Below are positions 47,188 to 56,597 of a stretch of 64,000 nt of DNA, one piece after another (within the stretch, counting starts at the first letter, position 1; each line of letters begins with the position of its first letter). The notes under the pieces are model-generated. The model worked only from the letters and a program-made list of their open reading frames with translations. It had not been told where the DNA came from and did not search any database. The stretch comes from a virus. Location: IMG/VR virus record IMGVR_UViG_3300024509_000014, positions 1-64,000 of that record, one strand, 5' to 3'. Made by a program: the position numbers and the translations under genes.

Positions 47188-48031
47188 GAAGAAACCCGTT
47201 TCCGTTGCGGATTTGGACGGCGAAAGCGTTCTGGACACGGTCTCTCTGGACACCCCTGTGGTGGTCGAGGACGGCATCCAGTTCAACAGCGATGTTCTGG
47301 TAACCCAGGTTGGCCAGGAAGTGGTGGACAAGCCCAACTTCGATGCTGATCTGTACAAGGAACACTGTCCGACCGACCCGGACTGGACCGAGTATGTGTT
47401 GTCCAAACTGTCCCCAGACGAACTGTCCCCTGAAGGCCGTCCGACCTGCGATGGCCTGCGCCGGGTAGCAGAGTTGGTTTTGGGGCCGACCCTGAAATCG
47501 ACTGTGCGGATCGTCCAGTCCCCCGCTCCCGACAACGGCATGACGGCTGTGGCTGAATTCAGCTACACCTACCATTCCATCCACACCGACCGGGAGGTGA
47601 CTTTCACCGCTGCGGCCGATGTCAACTCGGGCAACACCGACGGGATGTTCTCCAAGTTCGCCACGGCGATGGCTGAAACACGCGCCGAGGGGCGGGCCTT
47701 GCGCAAGGCTTTGCGTCTGCGTCGGGTGCTGACCGCCGAGGAGCCTTCGGCCCTGTTCCACGATGTGGATTTGAGCAACGGCGGCAAGTCCACCGAGATG
47801 CAGCATTCCTTCATCAAGACCCTGTGTGAACGCAACGATATCAACATCGACGCCTACCTGGGATCATCCAAATCATTCAAGTGGAACGGCAAGCTGGAGG
47901 ATATCCCCCACAAGTCTGCCGTACTCATCATTGCGCATCTGAACGAGCTTCAGAGGGACAGAGCTAAAATCGACCCCAAATTCAAGGGGTACGATGCTAG
48001 CTGGAAAAACAGCAACAAGACCACGGAGTAA
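47180..48031 (+). CDS. Rad52/Sak-like ssDNA annealing protein (putative)
   Basis: GLRRVAE...AAD...AMAETRAEGRALRKAL...AEE and a C-terminal TEMQ helical domain. Confidence 0.5.
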   Translation: MAKKKPVSVADLDGESVLDTVSLDTPVVVEDGIQFNSDVLVTQVGQEVVDKPNFDADLYKEHCPTDPDWTEYVLSKLSPDELSPEGRPTCDGLRRVAELVLGPTLKSTVRIVQSPAPDNGMTAVAEFSYTYHSIHTDREVTFTAAADVNSGNTDGMFSKFATAMAETRAEGRALRKALRLRRVLTAEEPSALFHDVDLSNGGKSTEMQHSFIKTLCERNDINIDAYLGSSKSFKWNGKLEDIPHKSAVLIIAHLNELQRDRAKIDPKFKGYDASWKNSNKTTE

Positions 48032-48033
48032 CC

Positions 48034-48399
48034 ATGAAAGCCCACATCCCGACAGCGCACGGCACGATTGAAATTGATGCCACCGATGTCAAAGAACTGT
48101 TCCGTCAAATTGCCGCCACCCACGAGGTTTTCGGGGATCATCGTTGCGGTGCCTGCGGTGAGGATCGCATCGCCCCCCGTGTTCGCCGGGTGACCAAGGG
48201 CAAGGTTGAGTACGAGTATTTTGAAATCTGCTGCAACAATCCGAAATGCCGGGCGAAGCTGGCTTTCGGGCAATACCAGGATGGTAGCGGCCTGTTCCCG
48301 GTGCGGAAGCTGGACAAAGACGGCCAGCCAGACCGGGAAAACGGCACCTACGGCCCACACAACGGGTGGAGTAGGTACCGAGGCGAACAGAAGGACTAG
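48034..48399 (+). CDS. hypothetical zinc-finger protein
   Basis: CGACG...CCNNPKC; GGAG RBS. Confidence 0.75.
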   Translation: MKAHIPTAHGTIEIDATDVKELFRQIAATHEVFGDHRCGACGEDRIAPRVRRVTKGKVEYEYFEICCNNPKCRAKLAFGQYQDGSGLFPVRKLDKDGQPDRENGTYGPHNGWSRYRGEQKD

Positions 48400-48422
48400 G
48401 GAACCTTGGCGGGATTCCCTTG

Positions 48423-48460
48423 AAGGGGGCGGGGGGTGTGTTGCCCCCCGCTCTTTTTTT
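48423..48460 (+). terminator. Rho-independent terminator at the convergence of the two transcription blocks
   Basis: GGGCGGGGGG-TGTGTTG-CCCCCCGCTC-TTTTTTT. Confidence 0.85.
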
Positions 48461-48644
48461 ATTCTGCCGCTGGCGGGCTAGGAAGCTCGGTCTCGACCAC
48501 CACCAAATCGATGGGGTGGGCGACGACCTGGAACGGCAAAAAGACTCGCGGGTCGATCAACACGCTCTGGTCTGTCGTGGCCGTAAACTCCGGGGTCGGA
48601 GATTCGAGGGCCGGAGTAATATCGATTTCTTCTGGACCTGTCAT
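48459..48644 (-). CDS. small acidic hypothetical protein
   Basis: GAGG RBS, ATGA overlap with upstream minus-strand gene. Confidence 0.55.
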   Translation of the reverse strand: MTGPEEIDITPALESPTPEFTATTDQSVLIDPRVFLPFQVVAHPIDLVVVETELPSPPAAE

Positions 48645-48877
48645 GGTTGAATCCTCGTTCGTTCATCAGTCACTTCACCTTTGATCGGCCCACCGGCTAG
48701 GGCGCCACGCAAGTTACGCATCAGGCCAGCAACCAGAGGGCCAATCTCGGGTTGATATCCGCCCCACTCACAGAAGGGCAGTCTTTCTTCGAGCGTCGAC
48801 AGGAAAGCGTCAGCAGCCGCCCATCCCGCCATTTCCACGGCGTCTCGAATGTCCTTGGGGAAGTCTTCCAGTCGCAT
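48641..48877 (-). CDS. hypothetical protein
   Basis: TGATG coupling to the GT stop; GAGGA RBS. Confidence 0.6.
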   Translation of the reverse strand: MRLEDFPKDIRDAVEMAGWAAADAFLSTLEERLPFCEWGGYQPEIGPLVAGLMRNLRGALAGGPIKGEVTDERTRIQP

Positions 48878-49914
48878 CAGACTTCCTCGTAGTCGTTGCA
48901 GTTTTGACAGCAGCGAATCCCATCGCCGTAGTCCCTGAACGGTCGGCATTTCTCGTGAAGTTCGCACTTGTACACAAACTTGAGCGGGCAGTTGCAGTCC
49001 CCGGTGTCGATCGGAGTGGTGCTCCGATGGAAACAGGGGAGGGTCCGCCGAACTGTTTTGATGGTGCGAAAGCGTTCAGGAAAAACACCTTGGTTTGGGT
49101 CAAGAGCTTCGGCTTCCGCAAGCACATTGTTGAAGTTGGCCTCGGGCACTTTGGGACGAAAATGTTCAACCACATCCTCGTAGGGCAGGCCGAGTTCACG
49201 GCGACCAACGACATAGTTGAAGATTCTGTCTTCCAAAAACAGGCGATAGGGAACACCCTTGGGTCGGCCGAACCGGTGCAGCCAAGTCATCCAGGGGACA
49301 CACATCGCCTCGCCGCCGAACTTGCGGACCTTGGCATGTATATACCCCTCCTCACCCCCGAAGCCTCTGAATAGGGTGGAGAAGCCTGGCCACTCTTCCT
49401 TGCACATCATGAACTGGCCGAGGCCCTGCATGGGGATCGGGAACGGCTCACCGAGCTTCACTCTTTCGTCGGTCGCCCAAGTGCCATACATGGAGTCGCG
49501 CCAGACTGGGTCGAAGTGCGTGGCCATGTTGATGTGGTCGTCGTACAACAACGGGCCTTGATAGAGGTTCTTCCTCCCGGCCTTGCCTGAACGGATGAAC
49601 TCCTTGACCTTGGACACAACCCCTTGCGTGAGCAAGACATGGCTATCCACACACATCACCCACTCGCCCTGTGCCTCTTCAAAGACCAGTTGGCGCGGCA
49701 GGGAGGTGCCAGTAGCGTGGCCCCTGTGCAGGTAGCGGGCCTTGGCCCATTCGGCGGCACTCTTGGTGTGGGGACAGCCATTGGGCAGATTGTCCACCAC
49801 CAGCAACTCGACATCGTTCAGATCGTGATAGGCCCGCAACGCTTGCAGGGTGAAGTACACCCCATCGTAGTCGTCGTAGGTCGCCATGCCGATAGTCAGA
49901 AGTGGTTCCGCCAT
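48877..49914 (-). CDS. GT-A glycosyltransferase with polypeptide GalNAc-transferase-like motifs and Cys-rich C-terminal domain
   Basis: VMCVDSH (DxH), PIPMQGLGQF, FGGEE, GG....VP...LHRF...PY; C-terminal domain with 8 Cys. Confidence 0.8.
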   Translation of the reverse strand: MAEPLLTIGMATYDDYDGVYFTLQALRAYHDLNDVELLVVDNLPNGCPHTKSAAEWAKARYLHRGHATGTSLPRQLVFEEAQGEWVMCVDSHVLLTQGVVSKVKEFIRSGKAGRKNLYQGPLLYDDHINMATHFDPVWRDSMYGTWATDERVKLGEPFPIPMQGLGQFMMCKEEWPGFSTLFRGFGGEEGYIHAKVRKFGGEAMCVPWMTWLHRFGRPKGVPYRLFLEDRIFNYVVGRRELGLPYEDVVEHFRPKVPEANFNNVLAEAEALDPNQGVFPERFRTIKTVRRTLPCFHRSTTPIDTGDCNCPLKFVYKCELHEKCRPFRDYGDGIRCCQNCNDYEEV

Positions 49915-49962
49915 ACATCCTCCTCGTCATATGGTTGTATGCACGCCAAGGAGGGTTTGGTT

Positions 49963-49995
49963 AAACGAAAAGACCCGCCGTTTTGGGCGGGTCTT
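49963..49995 (-). terminator. Rho-independent terminator
   Basis: AAGACCCGCC/GGCGGGTCTT stem followed by T-rich sequence on the minus strand. Confidence 0.75.
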
Positions 49996-50019
49996 CTCGC
50001 TGCGGTAGGAGGGGATCGA

Positions 50020-50691
50020 TCAGAGGTATTCCAGTTGGACCCAGAGTCCGAACTGTTTGCTTCCGATCCCGTCCGGTGATGCCGACAACGCCAGATACCA
50101 GTCGTGACGCACATCTGTCGTGTTTGCACCCGACGGACGCAGTCCCGAGGTTCCTGGCGAAGCGGTCAATGTAACTGGCTCACGCTGCGCCGGATTGGCC
50201 TGGTTGGCGGTCGTGAAGACCTCCCAGGCTGTCGAACCCGAACCCGTTGGATTTCCTGAATCCTGCACGGTCACGGGATGAATAATTTCGGCTAGATAAG
50301 TGGTTACACCGGAAGCGGGGTTGGTTGGCAAAACTCTGTCGTAAATGTAGGCCTTGACATTCTGCGTCTTGACCGCCGAGTCAGCGGTAAAACGCACATT
50401 CAGGCTGCTTTGCCAGTTGGGTATAGCTCGGAGGGGAATGGCAGAAGTGCCTCGTCCCACCAAGCCACTTCCTGCGTTGGCGTATTTGACATTCCAAGCT
50501 TCGGGGCCTTGGCTGGTGCCCGTCGAGTTGGTGATGAAGGTTTTGTCCTGCGCTTCGCCGACCGGTACGGACATACCGAACCCGCCGCCATAGAAACCAA
50601 GACCTGAGCCAGCCAGACTGGCTATTTGGAACGTTGAGAACGTGCCGCCGTCCTCAAACTGTCCTGCATAAAACGAAAGCGACGCTGGCAT
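50020..50691 (-). CDS. putative virion structural protein
   Basis: AAGGAGG RBS; G/S/T-rich beta protein; own terminator. Confidence 0.65.
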   Translation of the reverse strand: MPASLSFYAGQFEDGGTFSTFQIASLAGSGLGFYGGGFGMSVPVGEAQDKTFITNSTGTSQGPEAWNVKYANAGSGLVGRGTSAIPLRAIPNWQSSLNVRFTADSAVKTQNVKAYIYDRVLPTNPASGVTTYLAEIIHPVTVQDSGNPTGSGSTAWEVFTTANQANPAQREPVTLTASPGTSGLRPSGANTTDVRHDWYLALSASPDGIGSKQFGLWVQLEYL

Positions 50692-50721
50692 GGTCTAGTA
50701 CCTCCTTCAGAAATTACACCG

Positions 50722-51111
50722 TCACCACTTGCCGTCCGGACACTTCTGCTCATCCCAGGACGCCTTCAGGTTCATATAGCACCCACAGCCTGAACAGCGG
50801 TTATCGGGCCGGAGTTTGGGGCAGGTTTTGCAGATTGCCATCCTCTTTTGATATGTCTCGCTATCAGCTGATTGCAAACCTCCGGCGACATGTTGAGCGA
50901 GGGCCGCAACGAAATTGACCCCCTGCTGGAGCAGGCTGGGCAGTTTGTTCTCCTTGTCCCACATCAGTTTGCCGGTACACAAATCCTTGATGAAAGCGAT
51001 GCGTTCTTCTGGGGTGACGCCCTCCCCGTTGCAAACGCGGTATTCTGCCTCGGAGAGGACATAACCTTTTCCTTGGCTGCACGGCACATTGGGTTGGCAG
51101 GGGCAATTCAT
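50722..51111 (-). CDS. Cys-rich protein (DUF6171-like C-terminus)
   Basis: RMAICKTCP...CSGCGC....KA.W....CP.GKW. Confidence 0.75.
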   Translation of the reverse strand: MNCPCQPNVPCSQGKGYVLSEAEYRVCNGEGVTPEERIAFIKDLCTGKLMWDKENKLPSLLQQGVNFVAALAQHVAGGLQSADSETYQKRMAICKTCPKLRPDNRCSGCGCYMNLKASWDEQKCPDGKW

Positions 51112-51617
51112 GAGTAGTCCGGCATCTCAAAGGTGAAACTGAAACTCGCTCCGCTACCGCCAGAATAGACTGTGTTCAAAAAACGGCGACACATGACCCA
51201 TTTTTGCTGTTCTTCGTCAAAGTAAACTCCAGCCACGACCACATTGCCGAAGTTGCCGTTGTTGTTGTTCTGGATGTTTTGCATCACCAACGTGTTGGTC
51301 CTGCCTTCCAGTAGATCGCCAGGATTGAGGGTCACTCTGGTCATACCTTTGGGTGTGCCGTTCTCGGCATCGTTGCCACAGCAGGAAATACCTGGCTCCA
51401 GCAGGTCGATGGTCGGCTCGATGGTGGGGTTGGTGCGGAAAAACTTGCCTATGCAGTTGTTGGAATTGAGGATGATGTCACCCATGTTCTTGCCATTGAG
51501 GATCAAACGGTAGTTGTCGTCGGTGGCTGCATTGCTGTTGCAGACATAGATGATGTAGTCGGTTTCGCGATCACAGCCCAGACAGCAGGGGGCGCAATCG
51601 ATGTACTCAATCTCCAT
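51108..51617 (-). CDS. Cys-rich hypothetical protein in tail module
   Basis: GGAGG RBS; TGATG coupling; CAPCCLGC N-terminus. Confidence 0.65.
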   Translation of the reverse strand: MEIEYIDCAPCCLGCDRETDYIIYVCNSNAATDDNYRLILNGKNMGDIILNSNNCIGKFFRTNPTIEPTIDLLEPGISCCGNDAENGTPKGMTRVTLNPGDLLEGRTNTLVMQNIQNNNNGNFGNVVVAGVYFDEEQQKWVMCRRFLNTVYSGGSGASFSFTFEMPDYS

Positions 51618-54600
51618 CAGACGACCTCCACGGCACCCAGGAAGTCGTAGGTCTTCTTGGTGACCTGGAGCAAGCCACTCTGGCAAACGAGATTGGTGAC
51701 AACCGTGATGCGCTTGTAGTCGCTGGCGTCAAAGCTGTTGCCACCGCCGCCGCTGTACCATTTGCCCTCATTGGGCACAAAATGGGCCAGCGCAAAGCCA
51801 GCCTTGATCTGGCCGGAGCCGACCGGGTAAACCGGGATCGCCTTATTGACCAGAGAGTTGCCGACATAGGGATAGCCAGAAGCTGGTGTTCCGGAAGCTG
51901 CGGCTGCGTAGACGTAAACCCGGGTAACTCCCACCCCAGACCAGACCTTGCGGATATCGTCCCACAACAGGTCGGTCGGTCCTGCTTTGTGCTGGTCAGA
52001 TCGATAGGCGAGATCGACATTGGCCGGGGCGATCTGGCCCGGATTATAGATATCCTGACCGTAGCCGACCACCATCAGGGGGCCGCGCAGCCCCATGCTG
52101 CGCCCTTCAAAAGCGCCGTTGCCAGCACCGGAATTCCAGTTGTTGATCTCGCACGGCAATCCGTTCGCCTGCTGATAGGTGACAATGGAGATGTCTGTCT
52201 GTCCAGGGTAGGCGGTCGGAGTCAGGCTGGTTGCTGTTGTCGTGCTGGAGATGTTGACAGGAAGCTCGACCTTCGGCAACAGGGAAGTGCTGGGCAGGGA
52301 TTTGTACGACAAGCCATACTGGTTCACCGTGACACCGCCGTTGACTGTCGGCGTTCGATACGGCCTGAAGAGGGCGTCCTGGCTGGTGATCGCCCTGTTG
52401 GCGTAGACATCCGGGCTGTCTGCGTCCGTGTTCGACATCAATTCATGCAAGGGGGCCGATTTCACATCCAGTCGCACGGCACTGCCGTTGGCGCTGGCAA
52501 ATCCAGCCATGCATTCGTGCGGCGTTTGCACGCGATGGAACTTGTCAAAGGCCCCGGCGGTCATAGACAAAGAGAACGCCCCGGCACTGGCTCTGGTCGC
52601 CCCCTGACGAACCTTGTTCTGGTCGATGGCCAGCTTGTAGAGATTTCTGCGCAGTTGAAGACCGAGTTGGCCGGTCTTGCGCATTCGATCAATAGTTTGC
52701 CTAGGAATAACGCCGAAACGCGGGCTGTAATTCTGGAAAGCGTAGGTTGACGTGACGCCACCCGTGCCGATGGAAATCTCAATTGAGGTCACGGCTGGAC
52801 CGCTGGCCTGAAGAGCCTGACCCAGAGAAACTTTTGGGTAGTCCACCTGGGTGACTCTCCCGTGTTCCGTCAAAGCCATGCGACTTGATCCGTCAAAAAG
52901 TCTGGCCATGGCCACCCGGTTCATCACATATATTGAACCGAAGTTGCTCGGCACCAACTCGTTGTCCACCTCCACCTTTACCCGACCAGGCACACCCGAA
53001 TAAACCCAGTAAGGGCCGTAGGTGATGCGATTGCTTTTGAGTGGAACCACAAAAAAAGACGGATAAACTGGGGGTGGATGGATGCGTGTTTTTGACGATT
53101 CAGCATTAGTTTGGTAGAGGTTTGCTGGCGTTCCCAGAAGCCTGCTGATAATGCTGTGGTCACCGGATGGATCTAGAGTCTTTGAAAAAATAGGTGTTTG
53201 AACGGTCACCCTGACCAATGGGCCACCCAGATAAATCATGCCAGCACCAGCAAGGACATAGCCGATATACTGGCTGGTTCTGTATGGTGTTGTGACTGAG
53301 GGATAATACATTTCCTCAATCTTCTCGCCCAGCGACGCCTTGACATAGGCGCCCAGCGAATCCATGACCACATCCTGCGGATTGTCGATGGAAGCTCTTG
53401 TTTGAATCAGTCGAGCATAGTTGTAGACGACGAAAGGCTCAAAACGACTCTGGTCATCAGAAAAATAGGTGCAGGAAAGTGGGCTTAAACCAAAGGGGGC
53501 GCCTTCAGCCTCCATGAAGGCGCTTCTGGCGATATCGAACTCGTAACGGATATTGGGGCGCAGGTCGGCTTTGAACGGCACATTGGCGTCGAGCGTCGAC
53601 GCAGAAATGCCAAGGCTGACGATGAACTCCTTGCCAAGATGCTGGTTGGCCACCCCAGACAACCAACTGAAGAATCTCCGACGCGCCTCTGATCTGTCGT
53701 AAGTGGCCTCTAGAGCGCGGGCCAAGATGGCTTGTGGGTTGGTTTGCACCAGACTGCCAGTATTGACGCCGCTCAAGAGGACCTGATTCCCGCGGGTGCT
53801 TTCAAAGCCGGTCATGGCGAAGAAGACATCTGGGCGGTATTTCTCGATGTATTCCATCCAGCTATCGATGCCAGCCATGGCGAACTGAAGCTCAAGCGTC
53901 GAGCAGAAATAATATGATGACCCGATGACATCCTCGACACCCTGAGCGTAGAGATTCATCATCTCGCAAGGGTAGGAGATGGCTGGTTCGCCTGGCAACT
54001 TAGGAGCGAGGATGACGAAGCCGGGATGCCCAAGGATTGGATTCTTATTTTGGTCGTATCCCCAGAAAGAGCAATAGTTTGCTTTTCCGTACATACCCTC
54101 ATACGGACCACCGATCAGCATCGCCGCCGTCTGGTGACCCTGCGCCATTTCAATGCCGTGCTCGATGGCTGTAGCATTGGAGCCTGGCTGATTGACGATA
54201 GCTCCGATAGTCCCTAGGCTGGGCGCAAACCTTCGATCGATGACACGAATCTTGATCGTGTAGCCGACTAATTCAACGACAAAATCAAACCCGGCATCTT
54301 GACAGACCTTGTTGATGACATCATACAGGCTGACTACCGAGTTGCCTTCGATGCGATAATAGGGGTCGGGTATGGGAAGTTCGCTCAGATCAAGCGAATA
54401 ATAAACGCCATCAGGGAATTCGCGTGTCGGCAGACCCCACCGCATCGGCCCACCGAACGGTGTTGTCAGAGGCTGGTTGCAGATTGACAGCACAGCCCTG
54501 AAGAAAGTGATCCACGGCATGCCGATTTCATCGGAGCCTGAAAAACCAAAACCGACATTCTCCCAAAAACCATAGGCGTTGATGACATTGGTGACGCCTA

Positions 54601-54970
54601 CCGGAATCGCCCCGACATATTGACCAATGATTACTTGTGTGGCTTGCAAGATTTCTCGGGGGTCCACCACGACGATATCGTAGCCAAGACCCGAAACCTG
54701 TTTTTTCTGTGTGACCTTGGACAGGATGCCGCCGAAAAAATAACCGCCCAAGCGAAAACGCAAGGGATGGCCAACCTGGCAGGGGAAGTCATTGTAAGAA
54801 TAATTAAAATCAGAATTTTCTTTAACAAGAGATATATTTAGAGAACTTCCGTTATCTCCCCAAGAGACGCTGCTGCTAGCTTGTTGAACATAAAATCCCA
54901 ACAAGGTCCGGTTATTGGAACCGTGTGTGATTTGCGGAACAAGGTATTGGAAGTCACTTTCCGTAGGCAT
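51617..54970 (-). CDS. large tail/baseplate hub-like protein
   Basis: 1117 aa downstream of tape measure; YDIVVVDPREIL, SLYDVINKVCQDAGFDF resemble a tail-tip hub layout. Confidence 0.6.
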   Translation of the reverse strand: MPTESDFQYLVPQITHGSNNRTLLGFYVQQASSSVSWGDNGSSLNISLVKENSDFNYSYNDFPCQVGHPLRFRLGGYFFGGILSKVTQKKQVSGLGYDIVVVDPREILQATQVIIGQYVGAIPVGVTNVINAYGFWENVGFGFSGSDEIGMPWITFFRAVLSICNQPLTTPFGGPMRWGLPTREFPDGVYYSLDLSELPIPDPYYRIEGNSVVSLYDVINKVCQDAGFDFVVELVGYTIKIRVIDRRFAPSLGTIGAIVNQPGSNATAIEHGIEMAQGHQTAAMLIGGPYEGMYGKANYCSFWGYDQNKNPILGHPGFVILAPKLPGEPAISYPCEMMNLYAQGVEDVIGSSYYFCSTLELQFAMAGIDSWMEYIEKYRPDVFFAMTGFESTRGNQVLLSGVNTGSLVQTNPQAILARALEATYDRSEARRRFFSWLSGVANQHLGKEFIVSLGISASTLDANVPFKADLRPNIRYEFDIARSAFMEAEGAPFGLSPLSCTYFSDDQSRFEPFVVYNYARLIQTRASIDNPQDVVMDSLGAYVKASLGEKIEEMYYPSVTTPYRTSQYIGYVLAGAGMIYLGGPLVRVTVQTPIFSKTLDPSGDHSIISRLLGTPANLYQTNAESSKTRIHPPPVYPSFFVVPLKSNRITYGPYWVYSGVPGRVKVEVDNELVPSNFGSIYVMNRVAMARLFDGSSRMALTEHGRVTQVDYPKVSLGQALQASGPAVTSIEISIGTGGVTSTYAFQNYSPRFGVIPRQTIDRMRKTGQLGLQLRRNLYKLAIDQNKVRQGATRASAGAFSLSMTAGAFDKFHRVQTPHECMAGFASANGSAVRLDVKSAPLHELMSNTDADSPDVYANRAITSQDALFRPYRTPTVNGGVTVNQYGLSYKSLPSTSLLPKVELPVNISSTTTATSLTPTAYPGQTDISIVTYQQANGLPCEINNWNSGAGNGAFEGRSMGLRGPLMVVGYGQDIYNPGQIAPANVDLAYRSDQHKAGPTDLLWDDIRKVWSGVGVTRVYVYAAAASGTPASGYPYVGNSLVNKAIPVYPVGSGQIKAGFALAHFVPNEGKWYSGGGGNSFDASDYKRITVVTNLVCQSGLLQVTKKTYDFLGAVEVV

Positions 54971-56597
54971 AGGTCACACTGAAGTTGTAGCGGCCAGTCG
55001 TGTAGTTGAATCCATCGGTTATCTTTTCGATGAATAACTTTGGGTAAATGGCTGTGTTGGGGATGATGTTCAGTTGAGCAAGCGCCAAGAAAGCGTCTTC
55101 CCTGCTCGGCTTCAACGGGCGCCCGTCCAACTGATTGATCGTGCCCACCACCACTTCCATGTTGATGTCGCGGGTCGTCTTGGTGATATTCATCAAGTTC
55201 TGATAAATAGGCCCCTTGCCGAGGGGGTTAGCTCCATCGACTCGACCCAAGACATCGATTGCGGCAAAAAGCGGCCCGCCACCATTGTCTGTGAAGCTGA
55301 CCTCAAAGAACTTGGCGTCAACAAACACAGGTGGGCGGTACTTGTTGTTGAACTCGACATTGTAGGTGATCGTGCCAGCCACCTTGTTGTGGCCGATGGT
55401 TACTTGGGCTGGCTTGTTTGAAAGGTACTCGGAACCCAAAACCGCCACTACTCGATCACGAACTAGCTTGTAGTTGTTGGCGGCTAGCAAATCCCATTTG
55501 CTTTTGGCGTGAACATATTTGGTTTCTGGCTGTTCAAACGCCCCTGTCCTGCTGGTCCGCAAAGCAGTAATCGTGCCGTCGATTGAGATCGTTTTCAGCG
55601 TGGATTCCGCAGAATCCTTAATGCTGATATTGAACTCTTCCAAAGCTGGAATGTAATTGCTGCCAGACAAGGCTCCAAATAGATCGGCGTTCGCCTTGGC
55701 CAAATCAACGATGGTCCACGACTCGCTGACGCTGAATTTGCCGCCCGCCTCGTCAACAGTAATGGTGCGGATAGCATCGTAGGCCCTGACGGTATCTTGG
55801 CCCGAGGATGGCTGTTCGCTGAAGGCGTTGGCTAACGACCCGCCGAGACCAAAGTAGCTGAGTCCAGCTGGTTGATCATTCAGCTTGAGTCTGCTGGAAG
55901 GTGGGGATGATAAAGCGGCATTGTCGGAAAGATCAAGATCCGACGCCAGCTTCTTCAGGACAGCAGCCCGGGCAATCTCAAACCCGCGGACATTCCGGTT
56001 GGTCGTGCCCCCCACCCAGCGCGTTGTCGCCTGTGCGCTGACCTGATGCGTCAGCTTGTATTTGCGTAAACTGTCATCCGGCTCCATCGACCAGGATTCT
56101 TCCACTCCCACATCGTCCTCAGCATCCATGCCGATGGTGTTGGTACCAATCCTGAGATAGTCGGCTTCCAGGTTGATCGTGTATTCAAAGTAATCGGTAA
56201 ATGGCCCTTCAGGTATTTCGATTGATTTGACACGCGGATAGCAAAGAATGGTGGAGTTTGCGCCAGAGGCATCCCAGGGGGTGATCTGAAGGCTCACTCG
56301 TTCAGTAGGATTGAGCGGGGATTTGGGTCGGAACAATTCATTAAGTTGACCGATTTTTTGTTGAATTTTTGCTTGGCGACTATTTGGTGGTACAACTTCC
56401 AAAGCGCCTTGAAGCGGATCAGTCGTGTTGTTAAGAACGCCACCCTTGTAGGCCAACATCCGGCCCTTCAATGTGATGTTGAACAAATACTTTTTGACAC
56501 GACCGTCTTCAAATCTGTCAATCTGAGTGGAGATAGACACAAACGGGGCGGGAGTCAGGAGTTTTTCTTGTCCCTGTGGTCCGTAAAGAACAGGCAT
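54954..56597 (-). CDS. tail-associated structural protein
   Basis: 547 aa, repeated beta modules (ESWS/ESWT; GTITYN/GRYNFS); position in tail operon. Confidence 0.6.
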   Translation of the reverse strand: MPVLYGPQGQEKLLTPAPFVSISTQIDRFEDGRVKKYLFNITLKGRMLAYKGGVLNNTTDPLQGALEVVPPNSRQAKIQQKIGQLNELFRPKSPLNPTERVSLQITPWDASGANSTILCYPRVKSIEIPEGPFTDYFEYTINLEADYLRIGTNTIGMDAEDDVGVEESWSMEPDDSLRKYKLTHQVSAQATTRWVGGTTNRNVRGFEIARAAVLKKLASDLDLSDNAALSSPPSSRLKLNDQPAGLSYFGLGGSLANAFSEQPSSGQDTVRAYDAIRTITVDEAGGKFSVSESWTIVDLAKANADLFGALSGSNYIPALEEFNISIKDSAESTLKTISIDGTITALRTSRTGAFEQPETKYVHAKSKWDLLAANNYKLVRDRVVAVLGSEYLSNKPAQVTIGHNKVAGTITYNVEFNNKYRPPVFVDAKFFEVSFTDNGGGPLFAAIDVLGRVDGANPLGKGPIYQNLMNITKTTRDINMEVVVGTINQLDGRPLKPSREDAFLALAQLNIIPNTAIYPKLFIEKITDGFNYTTGRYNFSVTYAYGK

